A program made the translations under genes and the position numbers. From assembly GCA_016212525.1 (NCBI GenBank), contig JACRGD010000007.1:284778-348777 (forward strand): a stretch of 64,000 nt of DNA, written 5' to 3'. The notes beneath the pieces are model-generated. The model was not told the origin of the DNA and did no database searches. It saw only the letters and a program-made list of their open reading frames with translations. Below, piece after piece: positions 30,357 through 38,724 of this stretch. Numbering within the stretch: position 1 is the stretch's first letter; every line of letters starts with the position of its first letter. Source of the DNA: Candidatus Micrarchaeota archaeon. Its GTDB lineage: Archaea; Micrarchaeota; Micrarchaeia; Anstonellales; Bilamarchaeaceae.

Positions 30357-31817
30357 CTATTTGGAGAGCTCAGAAAGAGGTTGTATTGCGTGTGGATCGC
30401 TATATAAGACATCCTCCCGTGCATCATAATGTAGGTTAAACTGAGGCACTTGTGATTGCATCTGAGTCAGTTGTTCGGAAGGAATCATATCTCTGACATA
30501 ATCAACCTTTAGGAAAAGTGAATTGTTATTATTTCGATGTTTAGCTCCCTGGTTTCCAATAAGATACCTAGGATATGGTTGACGTTCATATTGGTCTGCC
30601 ACAACCCTATCGTAGCCTGCAGGTCCGCCAGTAGATATTTTTATGATCTCATCAGTTCGAAGTAGTAATTTTTCAGATGGAACAAAGACAAAATCGGCAA
30701 TGTGATCCCCATGCACATACCGATCTAAAGTAGGTAAGTAAACAACTCCGTGTCCCTGGACAGATATATCTTCTGCAGGAATATTTATCGATTTCAACAG
30801 GGAACTATACAACAGAGAATTCTCATGACACCCAGTTATTCTTTCTTCAAAGAGACGATCTAATGAAAGAGGAGTCATATCAGTCCAACTTTGACTAGAT
30901 GGACGTCCATCCAAATAAACATCCCAACTCCAATTTTCATCACCATCAACATATGCATGGAAAAAATTCTGCTCCTGCCAGCTCAAGATTGAGGTGATAG
31001 TACTTGTTTGATTTGACTTATGAAGTTTGTATGCTAAATTAGTCAATTTGTACGCTGAATCCTCACGGATTTGAGGGGTGCCATAGTATTCTCCAGTGTA
31101 GTAAGATCCATCCAACGGAAGAGTTGGTTTGTTTAGAAGGAAGCCGTTGGGAACGTCCCAGCCCGGAGCAACATAAAAGAGAGAGTCCAGCTGGTCTTGC
31201 GAATAATCTTTAAGAGACCAAGGAACCAGATTATTTTTATCGACCCATATACTGTTAGTGATTACAATTAGTTTTTGCCGGATAGTTAAACGGCTTTCAT
31301 CATCGAGCTTGCTAAAATCATATTTTGAAAGAACAGAATTAATTCTTTGTTCCTTTAGGGAGTTGTCATCAAACCCATTATAGGTGCTTAAAAGATAAGA
31401 AACGACCTCACATGCATCAGTCATTGTCCCATCAACCCTAGATATCGAAATGCTTTGAAGTAGATCATCTACCCGCGAATCTGTTTCTGGACAATGATTT
31501 CCCTGATTTGGTTGAGTAGAGTAAGTCACGCAGCGATTATCAGAGCAGATTTCATTTCCGGCACACGAATAATTGCAATAGTCAGTAGGTAGAGTGAAAT
31601 TAGGTGGGTTAGATACACTAAGTGAAATACATGTATTGTTTATGCATTGTTGATTTGAACTACAGACAGGATTTTGATAGAGACATCCGGTTTGGATCGA
31701 AAAATTTTCTTGGTTTAGATTTACAGTTTGATTATTTTCTATTTTGGAGTTTGATTGAGTACAACCAATCAGTAGCAGAGACACGAACAAAAGGACAGAT
31801 AGCAAATTAGATCGCAT
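30357..31817 (-). CDS. Secreted/lipid-anchored Cys-rich protein with a possible transglutaminase-like Cys-His-Asp core
   Basis: The N-terminus MRSNLLSVLLFVSLLLIGC has a signal peptide with a lipobox-like LIGC. Two Cys-rich repeats follow (CSSNQQCINNTC and CAGNEICSDNRC). The C-terminal GCHENSLLYSSLLKSINIP...GHGVVYL...VHGD resembles a transglutaminase-like protease core. Confidence 0.45.
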   Translation of the reverse strand: MRSNLLSVLLFVSLLLIGCTQSNSKIENNQTVNLNQENFSIQTGCLYQNPVCSSNQQCINNTCISLSVSNPPNFTLPTDYCNYSCAGNEICSDNRCVTYSTQPNQGNHCPETDSRVDDLLQSISISRVDGTMTDACEVVSYLLSTYNGFDDNSLKEQRINSVLSKYDFSKLDDESRLTIRQKLIVITNSIWVDKNNLVPWSLKDYSQDQLDSLFYVAPGWDVPNGFLLNKPTLPLDGSYYTGEYYGTPQIREDSAYKLTNLAYKLHKSNQTSTITSILSWQEQNFFHAYVDGDENWSWDVYLDGRPSSQSWTDMTPLSLDRLFEERITGCHENSLLYSSLLKSINIPAEDISVQGHGVVYLPTLDRYVHGDHIADFVFVPSEKLLLRTDEIIKISTGGPAGYDRVVADQYERQPYPRYLIGNQGAKHRNNNNSLFLKVDYVRDMIPSEQLTQMQSQVPQFNLHYDAREDVLYSDPHAIQPLSELSK

Positions 31818-31866
31818 AAGAACAAATTGGCTAAATCAGTTATAAATAGTAAACCTAAATTGGTGA

Positions 31867-33177
31867 CTAGCCACCTCCAAAAAAGGTCTGGTACAGCAAA
31901 TAGAGATTGAAGACAATTATTATCGCTGCGAATGCGTATGCGACATAAGTTGTTATCGATCGATTAACCAGTTCGCCCATTATCTCTCGCTTGGAACTAT
32001 AGTAAATAATTGGCAGAAGAGCCATCGGAATAAGAAGACTCAAAATCACCTGACTCCAGACCAGTAAGGTCAAAGGCTCCAGATTGAGAAGGATTGCAAT
32101 AAGAGTTGGGACAAGATTGATAAATCGCGTAATTATCCGTCGCATCTTCACGCTTAATTTGAAGTCAGTAAGAGTTTCAATAATACTCTGACCCGAGAGT
32201 GCACCAGTTATCGATGAGGAAATACCCGCTGCAAGCAGGCCAACTGCGAAAATAACGGAAGCAAGTTTACCAAAAAGAGGAGTAAGAGTTAGATATGCCT
32301 CTTCGATTGTAGCGACCTGAATCCCCCGATCGTAAAATGCAGCAGCTGCCATCGTAAGAATGGCTGCGTTAATGAGACTGGCAATAAGAAGGGAAATGAC
32401 AATATCGGCTTTGTGGAATGATAAGAGTTTTTTCTTGTCATATTTGCCGTTTAGTTCGACCACCTTATTTTTCATCAGCCAGGAATGAACGAGCAGTGCA
32501 TGCGGCATGACAGTTGCGCCAATGATGCCGACAATCAACATAATTGTCTGAGGAGTTATGGTGGGCTGGAGAGAGTATGCGAGAACCTCGCCCAGATCAG
32601 GTTTAGTTATTAACATCTCATAAAGATAGCTCAGACCAATTGTGCCTACGAAAATTACAAATGCATATTCAAGGATGCGAAAGCGCTTTTCAGTTAGGTA
32701 GAGCAGCAAAATAACATCGAAGAGTGCAATCAATGCACCAAAGATGAGCGGGATTCCAAGTAAGAGATTTAGCGCAACCACTATCCCAAGGAATTCGGCC
32801 AGATCTGTAGCCAGAATCACGATTTCTGCGAGCAGCCAGTATATGAAGACCTGTTTTTTGCTCCAGCGGGATCGGATTATCTCGCCAATTGAATAACCCG
32901 CGACTCCGATTTTTCCAGATATGTACTGAAACAGCATAGCGGCAATGCTCGAGAACCATATTGCCCAGAGCAACTGGTAACGAAACGCGGCTCCACCACT
33001 AATCGAAGTGCCCCAGTTTCCCGGATCCATATATGCTACACTGATAATAAGGCCAGTTCCGAAAAACGACCAGAATGCACGATTTGCAAATATTCCCAAA
33101 AAGGGCAGAGATTTGATTTTTGATTTGAATTGTTCTAAAAAAGTCATGAGTATCAGATCCGTATCTAGTCCCAACAA
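31867..33177 (-). CDS. mntH: NRAMP-family divalent metal (Mn2+/Fe2+) transporter
   Basis: Contains AYMDPGNWGT (the DPGN motif) and MPHALLVHS, with about 11 hydrophobic helices. It is the last gene of the DtxR-headed operon. Confidence 0.85.
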   Translation of the reverse strand: MLGLDTDLILMTFLEQFKSKIKSLPFLGIFANRAFWSFFGTGLIISVAYMDPGNWGTSISGGAAFRYQLLWAIWFSSIAAMLFQYISGKIGVAGYSIGEIIRSRWSKKQVFIYWLLAEIVILATDLAEFLGIVVALNLLLGIPLIFGALIALFDVILLLYLTEKRFRILEYAFVIFVGTIGLSYLYEMLITKPDLGEVLAYSLQPTITPQTIMLIVGIIGATVMPHALLVHSWLMKNKVVELNGKYDKKKLLSFHKADIVISLLIASLINAAILTMAAAAFYDRGIQVATIEEAYLTLTPLFGKLASVIFAVGLLAAGISSSITGALSGQSIIETLTDFKLSVKMRRIITRFINLVPTLIAILLNLEPLTLLVWSQVILSLLIPMALLPIIYYSSKREIMGELVNRSITTYVAYAFAAIIIVFNLYLLYQTFFGGG

Positions 33178-33180
33178 AGA

Positions 33181-33540
33181 TTATTCTACAATCACAGTTC
33201 CGGTCAAGCTCGAATCAGTATGATCATGATAACCCCAAAGCCCGGGCTGGTTAAAGGTAAAGGAGAACGTTTCGCCTGATTTTAATGGTCCGCAGGAATC
33301 AAATTTACTCCCAATACACCCACCTTCTTCTGGGTATTGTGCGTGAGTCGGGTGGTTAGCCGAAGCAGGCCAATGCGGTCGATCATCTTTATTTATGAAA
33401 GTAACAGTATCGCCCACAGTTATGTTCAATATTTTTGGAACAAAACCGTTTTTGGTTATCTCTATTGTCTTTCCATTTGAGACACAACCCAAAAATAAAA
33501 ATGCCAGGATAACAGTAAGCAAAATCAATGGTTTTAACAT
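33181..33540 (-). CDS. Small membrane-anchored/lipoprotein cupredoxin-like protein
   Basis: I prefer the start MLKPLILLTVILAFLFLGC (ATG 33540). The beta-rich body contains VGDTVTFINKDDRPHWP...WGYHDH, a cupredoxin-like set of His ligands. Confidence 0.55.
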   Translation of the reverse strand: MLKPLILLTVILAFLFLGCVSNGKTIEITKNGFVPKILNITVGDTVTFINKDDRPHWPASANHPTHAQYPEEGGCIGSKFDSCGPLKSGETFSFTFNQPGLWGYHDHTDSSLTGTVIVE

Positions 33541-33544
33541 ATTA

Positions 33545-34717
33545 TCACGCCACAAACAATCCGGTAGCATACATTATCAAAAGACCCATAAAGAATCCGA
33601 AAATATTGGTAAAGGTATAGATCGATCCGGCATTTTCTCTTTTCATGTGCTTAAAGACCTCTAAGACAACATAGACAATTGCACCTGCACCAATTGAAAG
33701 GAAGAATACTGACCATAAATTGGAGAATATAAATCCTCCAATCCAGGTACCAATTATAGTTGGACCGCCGGCCAATAATCCAAGAAGTAAAAGATGATTT
33801 ATACGATTTTCATTCTCTTTTGCAATTGGTGCAACAATTGCAATTCCCTCAGTGAGATTATGGATCATAAAACCGATTACAAGCAAAGAACCAAGTGCAA
33901 TTTCACCTATTGCATATGCACTTCCAATCGCAAGCCCTTCTCCCAGATTGTGAATACCGATACCTAGGGCAATGAGGTATGACAACCTAAGAGGATGCTT
34001 TGTAATTCCGGTCTTTGTCACATCGATATCACTTCCAGTTTCCCCAAAAGCCATAAGCAATAGCAAGGACAAGAGAAAACCAATTGGGATAATCATTGCT
34101 CCCTGAAATGATACTGCGACTTCTTTTGATAGATCAATGGCGCCCTCAATTGCATCTGCTGAGAGAAATACAAGTAAGCCAATCGTAAGAGAGAGGAAAA
34201 AATCATACCATTTTTTATTTAAGGTTTTTAGAAATGGCAACCATAAAAGACCCAGGAAAACAGGCATAACACCAACATATATTCCCAGAGTAGTAAAAGT
34301 CAGAAGTTGGGTAATTCCAAATTTTGGACTCTCGGTTGCAACTGCAATATCTTTATCAAATGTGAGGCCGTCAGCAGTCAGAAGAGTTATCTTAAGTGGC
34401 ATCCCCTCTGCCCAGGGATAGTTCATCCTTATTTTTGCACCCTCAAGATGGCTAACAGTTTGATGATCTATTTCAAATTGATTATAGGCATCATTAATCA
34501 GGACCTGTGAAATTGTAACCGGATCTGGTCCGTCATTAATTATTTCCAAGAGTATAACGTCTTGCTCAAGAGTAACTCGTTCAAAAGAAACGCTTTCGAT
34601 CGGAGGAAAAGCTGTTTTTAAGAGTCCTAATGGACCGTATGCAAGAAAAACACCTACCAATGCAACTAGAAGCAAAATAGGTAAGATAGCCCAGGCATAT
34701 TTTGCTAAGGTATTCAT
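33545..34717 (-). CDS. ZIP-family metal transporter with an N-terminal extracytoplasmic extension
   Basis: Contains HNLGEGLAIG and HNLTEGIAI (ZIP/GufA signature helices). I chose ATG 34717 because of the GAGGTGG Shine-Dalgarno motif and an ATGA overlap with the upstream stop. Confidence 0.75.
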   Translation of the reverse strand: MNTLAKYAWAILPILLLVALVGVFLAYGPLGLLKTAFPPIESVSFERVTLEQDVILLEIINDGPDPVTISQVLINDAYNQFEIDHQTVSHLEGAKIRMNYPWAEGMPLKITLLTADGLTFDKDIAVATESPKFGITQLLTFTTLGIYVGVMPVFLGLLWLPFLKTLNKKWYDFFLSLTIGLLVFLSADAIEGAIDLSKEVAVSFQGAMIIPIGFLLSLLLLMAFGETGSDIDVTKTGITKHPLRLSYLIALGIGIHNLGEGLAIGSAYAIGEIALGSLLVIGFMIHNLTEGIAIVAPIAKENENRINHLLLLGLLAGGPTIIGTWIGGFIFSNLWSVFFLSIGAGAIVYVVLEVFKHMKRENAGSIYTFTNIFGFFMGLLIMYATGLFVA

Positions 34718-35754
34718 TCCACCACCTCGAACATACTCATCCATCCCTTATCAGCAAATTCACTCTGGTGGGCATGAAACATATATTTACCAGAATAGGG
34801 AAATCGCATTTCAAGCATCGAACGTTCTCCCTGACCCAGTTCAATTATATCAGTAAATGCATCTGATTCGTTGCGCGTTCCAGTGCGATATTCGTCAAAA
34901 AAGTTCCCGTGAATGTGGATGGAATTGATTGGATCGTTTTCGACCATGTTTCCAATATAAATTCTAACCAGCTCGTCTTTTTTGACTTTAATCGGGCGTT
35001 CCAGATAGTAGAATGCTCGCGTATTTACTGCGTAAATCTCATTTTCGCCATCATAATTCGTATCAAAGGCATTCATTATCATGATTAACTCATTTGCAGG
35101 TTCTCTTGAATTTTTTGGATCGATAATAAACATTCCATAAAGACCTTTTGAGATGTGATCTTTTAGAGGAGTTGAATGACAGTGAAATAGATGAACTCCT
35201 GCGGGTTCAGCTTTAAACTCATAAGTGAAATTTTTTCCAGGATCAACAAAATCAGGAGACATCGAACCATCCATATCTGCGGGATGAAATCCATGGAAAT
35301 GTACAGTGTGTGGTTTGGAACCATTATTTGTGAAATAAATTTTTATTGTATCTCCCTGAGTAGCGCGTATGGTTGGCCCGGGAACCTGATTATTATAAGC
35401 CCAAGCATCGAAAAATACGCCGGGGGCAACCTCAATTTTCTTATCTACTGCATAGATCCAGTATTCTCTTAGGGTCGTATTGTCCAAGAGAGGCGTTTCT
35501 TTGTAATAATTCTTTCGCTCGGAGATGGGCAGCTCGTTAAAGTTCCAGGATTTCATATAAACATCTGGATTAAAATCAGCAGTTGAATAGTTTCCGACAC
35601 TTCCAAAATGGCCAGCCATACCGACCGAGTAGTTAGAGGAAGAAGAATCTTGGACGTGCATTTCTTTTGTTTTTGGAACAAATTCAAAGTAGCCGATGAT
35701 TAGGGCAACTAAAATAATCACTAAAAGTGCAACTGCATAGTTATTATTGATCAT
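34714..35754 (-). CDS. Two-domain multicopper oxidase (NirK-related cupredoxin pair), N-terminally membrane anchored
   Basis: Four Cu-ligand motifs are present: HTVHFHG, FHCHSTPLKDH...M, IHIHG and FHAHQ. An N-terminal hydrophobic helix is AVALLVIILVALIIGYF. Confidence 0.7.
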   Translation of the reverse strand: MINNNYAVALLVIILVALIIGYFEFVPKTKEMHVQDSSSSNYSVGMAGHFGSVGNYSTADFNPDVYMKSWNFNELPISERKNYYKETPLLDNTTLREYWIYAVDKKIEVAPGVFFDAWAYNNQVPGPTIRATQGDTIKIYFTNNGSKPHTVHFHGFHPADMDGSMSPDFVDPGKNFTYEFKAEPAGVHLFHCHSTPLKDHISKGLYGMFIIDPKNSREPANELIMIMNAFDTNYDGENEIYAVNTRAFYYLERPIKVKKDELVRIYIGNMVENDPINSIHIHGNFFDEYRTGTRNESDAFTDIIELGQGERSMLEMRFPYSGKYMFHAHQSEFADKGWMSMFEVVE

Positions 35755-36143
35755 TAAATATCCCTTCCATGTGGATCTTTCTTTGGTTTTCCCAAAAACC
35801 GATAGAGCCTCTCGATAAAATCATTGCTCACAGAATGCTCGATGCGATTGGCTTCTTCATGTATTTTTGCCAGAGGCATGCCAAGAGAATCGACCAGAAA
35901 TGTCTCGATCACGCGATGTTTAAAGTGCATATTCTGGGCGATCTTTAGGCCATCTGGAGTGAGCCGCACCTTACCATATTTTTTCATTGAAACATAACCC
36001 TCACTCGAGAGTTTCTGAAGAGTCATAGTAACAGTATTTTTCGAAAGTGAAAGTGATTTTGAGAGATCGATCGGACGAACACCCTCGCCGCCATCGAGCT
36101 TATCGATAAAACGGCAGTAATCTTCAATAGTCCTGATTTCCAT
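35754..36143 (-). CDS. DtxR/MntR-family metal-dependent transcriptional repressor
   Basis: A winged-helix region (LSLSKNTVTMTLQKLSSEGYV) is followed by HFKHRVIETFL. It is the first gene of the metal operon, and a 1-nt TAATG overlap couples it to the next gene. Confidence 0.8.
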   Translation of the reverse strand: MEIRTIEDYCRFIDKLDGGEGVRPIDLSKSLSLSKNTVTMTLQKLSSEGYVSMKKYGKVRLTPDGLKIAQNMHFKHRVIETFLVDSLGMPLAKIHEEANRIEHSVSNDFIERLYRFLGKPKKDPHGRDI

Positions 36144-36191
36144 AGAGGAGTTCTATGTATCGAACTATTTATAAAGTTCTGCACATAGAAC
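36141..36191 (-). promoter_or_regulatory. Leaderless-type promoter with candidate DtxR/MntR operator half-sites
   Basis: The palindromic TATA box TTTATAAA lies at 36168-36175, 24 nt upstream of ATG 36143, and there is no Shine-Dalgarno motif. CATAGA(A)/TTCTATG half-sites occur three times (36141-36146, 36151-36157, 36184-36190) and form inverted repeats that flank the TATA box and overlap the start codon. Confidence 0.45.
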
Positions 36192-36554
36192 ACCGAAATA
36201 AAAGAACACTTATAGCATTCCAAGAAAATCTTCCAGACTCCTGATTTCTAGGTTTTCTTACTATTTTCCAAGCACTCATAGTCTTAGGAACCCCAGGGAT
36301 GAAAGCCAATTGGGAGTTCCAAATCCAGAAAATTAACTTGGATCAGTATACACCTCCAAAAGAATTTTCAGGGTTTCTTTGGTCGCATGGACGCTGAGCA
36401 TCGATAGAAAACGGTTTTCTTGGATCGAAATTTCTTTCTTGGTTCAGTAGAGGAGAAACCACAAAACGGAGAAAAATGTCTGAAATATCTGAACTGATGC
36501 AAGTGTTTTTAAAGCTAAAAGAAGCTTGATAAATGGGAGAAAAAAGGTGAGAAA

Positions 36555-36701
36555 ATGGATGAGAATGGTCAGATAAGACTAACTCGGGAGAAGTTAGTCG
36601 AATTGTTAAAAGAAACCCACGAACTTGGCCGGTTGGGGCTCAAATGGGAAGATATCGAGAAGATAATAGCTCCAATAGCGCCACTAACTTCGCATAGTTA
36701 A
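36555..36701 (+). CDS. Possible small ORF (48 aa), function unknown
   Basis: The ATG is preceded by AAAGGTGAG at Shine-Dalgarno distance. The product is MDENGQIRLTREKLVELLKETHELGRLGLKWEDIEKIIAPIAPLTSHS. It falls below the ORF-track cutoff and I cannot see any homology. Confidence 0.25.
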   Translation: MDENGQIRLTREKLVELLKETHELGRLGLKWEDIEKIIAPIAPLTSHS

Positions 36702-36761
36702 GCAGCAAGCGTTATCGTCGAAATAGCAAAACATTAATTAGGTTCCCTGCTAACGCTAACT

Positions 36762-37229
36762 ATGGCAAGCAGGAGAAGGCAAACCCCAGGTCATACAGAA
36801 GCCAAAGCTCCAGGACAGGATAAGGGAAACTTTGAAGCACTCTTAGTGGCAGTAAGTTCAACTAAAACCAGGGCACAAATAATCGAGGGCCTAAGAAAAA
36901 TGGGGCAGATAAGCGACACAACGATAGATATGCTTAGAATACCAGATAGACTGGAAGCTACCTCCAGAGCGTCTCCTTTTGAAATGGTTTTTTCAGAACG
37001 AAGCGAAGGTTTGCCAGAGGGAGCACTTGGAAGAATAGTCGGACACAATGCATCAGAGCCGGACTTAGATCAATATTTCCTTGCGATCTACGGAGAGGGA
37101 AACAAAGTCTATTTTATAGTCAATGACCCTCGAACTGGGCACGAACCAAGATGTGCATACGTGGGTGGAATATATACAGAAGAAGGAAAACTGCATTTTG
37201 ATAAAATAATCGGCCCGAGTATCAAATAG
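36762..37229 (+). CDS. Hypothetical protein (155 aa) with a basic disordered N-terminus, convergent with the giant-gene operon
   Basis: An ORF only. The N-terminus is MASRRRQTPGHTEAKAPGQDKG. No motif was recognised. Confidence 0.4.
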   Translation: MASRRRQTPGHTEAKAPGQDKGNFEALLVAVSSTKTRAQIIEGLRKMGQISDTTIDMLRIPDRLEATSRASPFEMVFSERSEGLPEGALGRIVGHNASEPDLDQYFLAIYGEGNKVYFIVNDPRTGHEPRCAYVGGIYTEEGKLHFDKIIGPSIK

Positions 37230-37313
37230 GCAAAAAAGTCATCAGATCCAACACGCCAAACACAAAGAATCAGACGACCAAAACGATTTTGTTGAACTTT
37301 GTCCACTTAATCA

Positions 37314-38189
37314 CTAATAGATTTCCAAGTTTGAAGGCAATGAAGCCGAATATGCCAGCTGTTTAGCCTCATCGCTTATTTTCCTAAATTCAGCCTCATC
37401 GAAAGAACCGGAAACACAACCCAGCGCCACATATTTTGGAAGAAGCTCAGTTAGATAAGCCAGATATCTTTTTTGATAGAATGCATATGCACGCCATTGA
37501 GATTCGCAGACCGGGCCGGCATAGTATTCATGAATGACGTCGGTAGAGGGTCTTGGAGCTCCACGCATATGAGAATAAACTTCTACATCAAAAAGAGCCC
37601 GATCGAAAAACTCATGCATCGGCAAGTGGGCATAGCCACGTGGGATGTATATTTGTGCACCTGGATTGTCAGAAACCAGTTGGAAAATCTGAGTTCGAAG
37701 ATCAACATCCCGTTCATAAGCGATTGCAGCGGATAATTTTAAGTCAGAAACGGGATTTGAAGGGCGATTTCGGGCCAAAAAATAAAGCCAGTTGGCAGAT
37801 AGGCTTAGTTTTTCAGGAGCAACTAAAACAGAACCGGGAGAATGTGAATTTTTATCCAAAACTGCATCAAGATAACCCCAGTCAAACCAATCACGATGAA
37901 CATTTGGAGCAATGCCCGCGTTCACTTTTGAAGTAAAACCATCATAAACAACATCATCTACTGCAGAAAGATGATCTTTCATTTGACCAAAGGCATTTGA
38001 AGGGGAAGAAGGGGTAAGGGTAGCAAAAAATTCAGGAACAATAATTTGACGTTGTGAAGGATTAGAAGCAAGAATTCTTTCGCCTATTTTTCCAAAAAAG
38101 TTTTTATCTGGGCCATATGGAACCGGACCAATAGCACCTGCATGTTCGCCAAAGAAAAAGACAAGGCGGGGCTTTCTGGAACAAAACAT
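37314..38189 (-). CDS. Hypothetical protein (291 aa), last gene of the giant-ORF cluster; weak Tiki/ChaN/erythromycin-esterase-like motif pair
   Basis: LVFFFGEHAG near the N-terminus and PRGYAHLP later recall the GExH...GxxH motifs of the Tiki/TraB/ChaN superfamily. This assignment is very tentative. It lies 31 nt downstream of the 167-aa gene. Confidence 0.45.
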   Translation of the reverse strand: MFCSRKPRLVFFFGEHAGAIGPVPYGPDKNFFGKIGERILASNPSQRQIIVPEFFATLTPSSPSNAFGQMKDHLSAVDDVVYDGFTSKVNAGIAPNVHRDWFDWGYLDAVLDKNSHSPGSVLVAPEKLSLSANWLYFLARNRPSNPVSDLKLSAAIAYERDVDLRTQIFQLVSDNPGAQIYIPRGYAHLPMHEFFDRALFDVEVYSHMRGAPRPSTDVIHEYYAGPVCESQWRAYAFYQKRYLAYLTELLPKYVALGCVSGSFDEAEFRKISDEAKQLAYSASLPSNLEIY

Positions 38190-38210
38190 AAATATGAATT
38201 AATTATAACA

Positions 38211-38218
38211 ATTTAAAA
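38211..38218 (-). promoter_or_regulatory. TATA-like box (TTTTAAAT) upstream of the 291-aa gene
   Basis: It lies 21 nt upstream of ATG 38189 in an AT-rich 31-nt spacer with no Shine-Dalgarno motif. The promoters at 36168 and 52547 have similar geometry. Confidence 0.3.
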
Positions 38219-38220
38219 GC

Positions 38221-38724
38221 CTATTTCCTAGCTCTTTTTGGAGGCAAAGGCTCCGGTGGAGTAATCTGACGAACACGAAGAGCAGGGGTCAGAGGAGGTG
38301 GATTTCTCATTAAAAGATCAGTAATGGGAGAATGAGTGGGTTTAAGGGATTTAAAAGCAGCAACTAAAGAAGAAGGCAGAGGAATCCCGTCATCGATAAA
38401 ACGTCTGGCGATTTTCACGGTTAAATCAAGATACGTCCGACGTGAACTCGAAGTAGATGAGGATGCTTTTAAAAGTAAATGAGACGTTGCAAAAGTAGCA
38501 ATAGTTTGCCAAAAAGAATCAAAAGAAGTATTTGAGATCAGCCCTAAAATCTCATCTGCGCCACCAGGGTTGGGATTAGCATCAAATTCAAGAATTTTTT
38601 TGGCAATATCATGAACTTTGCTCACGTCAGGATCTAAAGAAGACAAAGCAGACTGCTCTGAGTCGGACAACGATTCGGTCCTAAGAAGTTTTTCAAATAA
38701 CAGGGTAAGTTGGGAATATTCCAT
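38221..38724 (-). CDS. Hypothetical protein (167 aa) translationally coupled to the giant ORF; Pro-rich basic C-terminal tail
   Basis: A TAAATG junction links it to the giant ORF, and GGTGAT lies upstream. The tail is RNPPPLTPALRVRQITPPEPLPPKRARK. No family was recognised. Confidence 0.55.
   Translation of the reverse strand: MEYSQLTLLFEKLLRTESLSDSEQSALSSLDPDVSKVHDIAKKILEFDANPNPGGADEILGLISNTSFDSFWQTIATFATSHLLLKASSSTSSSRRTYLDLTVKIARRFIDDGIPLPSSLVAAFKSLKPTHSPITDLLMRNPPPLTPALRVRQITPPEPLPPKRARK

Noticed and set aside
38221-38310. The PPKRARK tail of the 167-aa protein as evidence, together with the PI-kinase-like motif and lysine avoidance, that the system targets a eukaryotic host.
   Set aside because: A 7-residue basic patch is far too weak to call an NLS. 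Basic tails are common in prokaryotic nucleic-acid- or membrane-binding proteins. I kept it only as a remark inside a low-interest finding.
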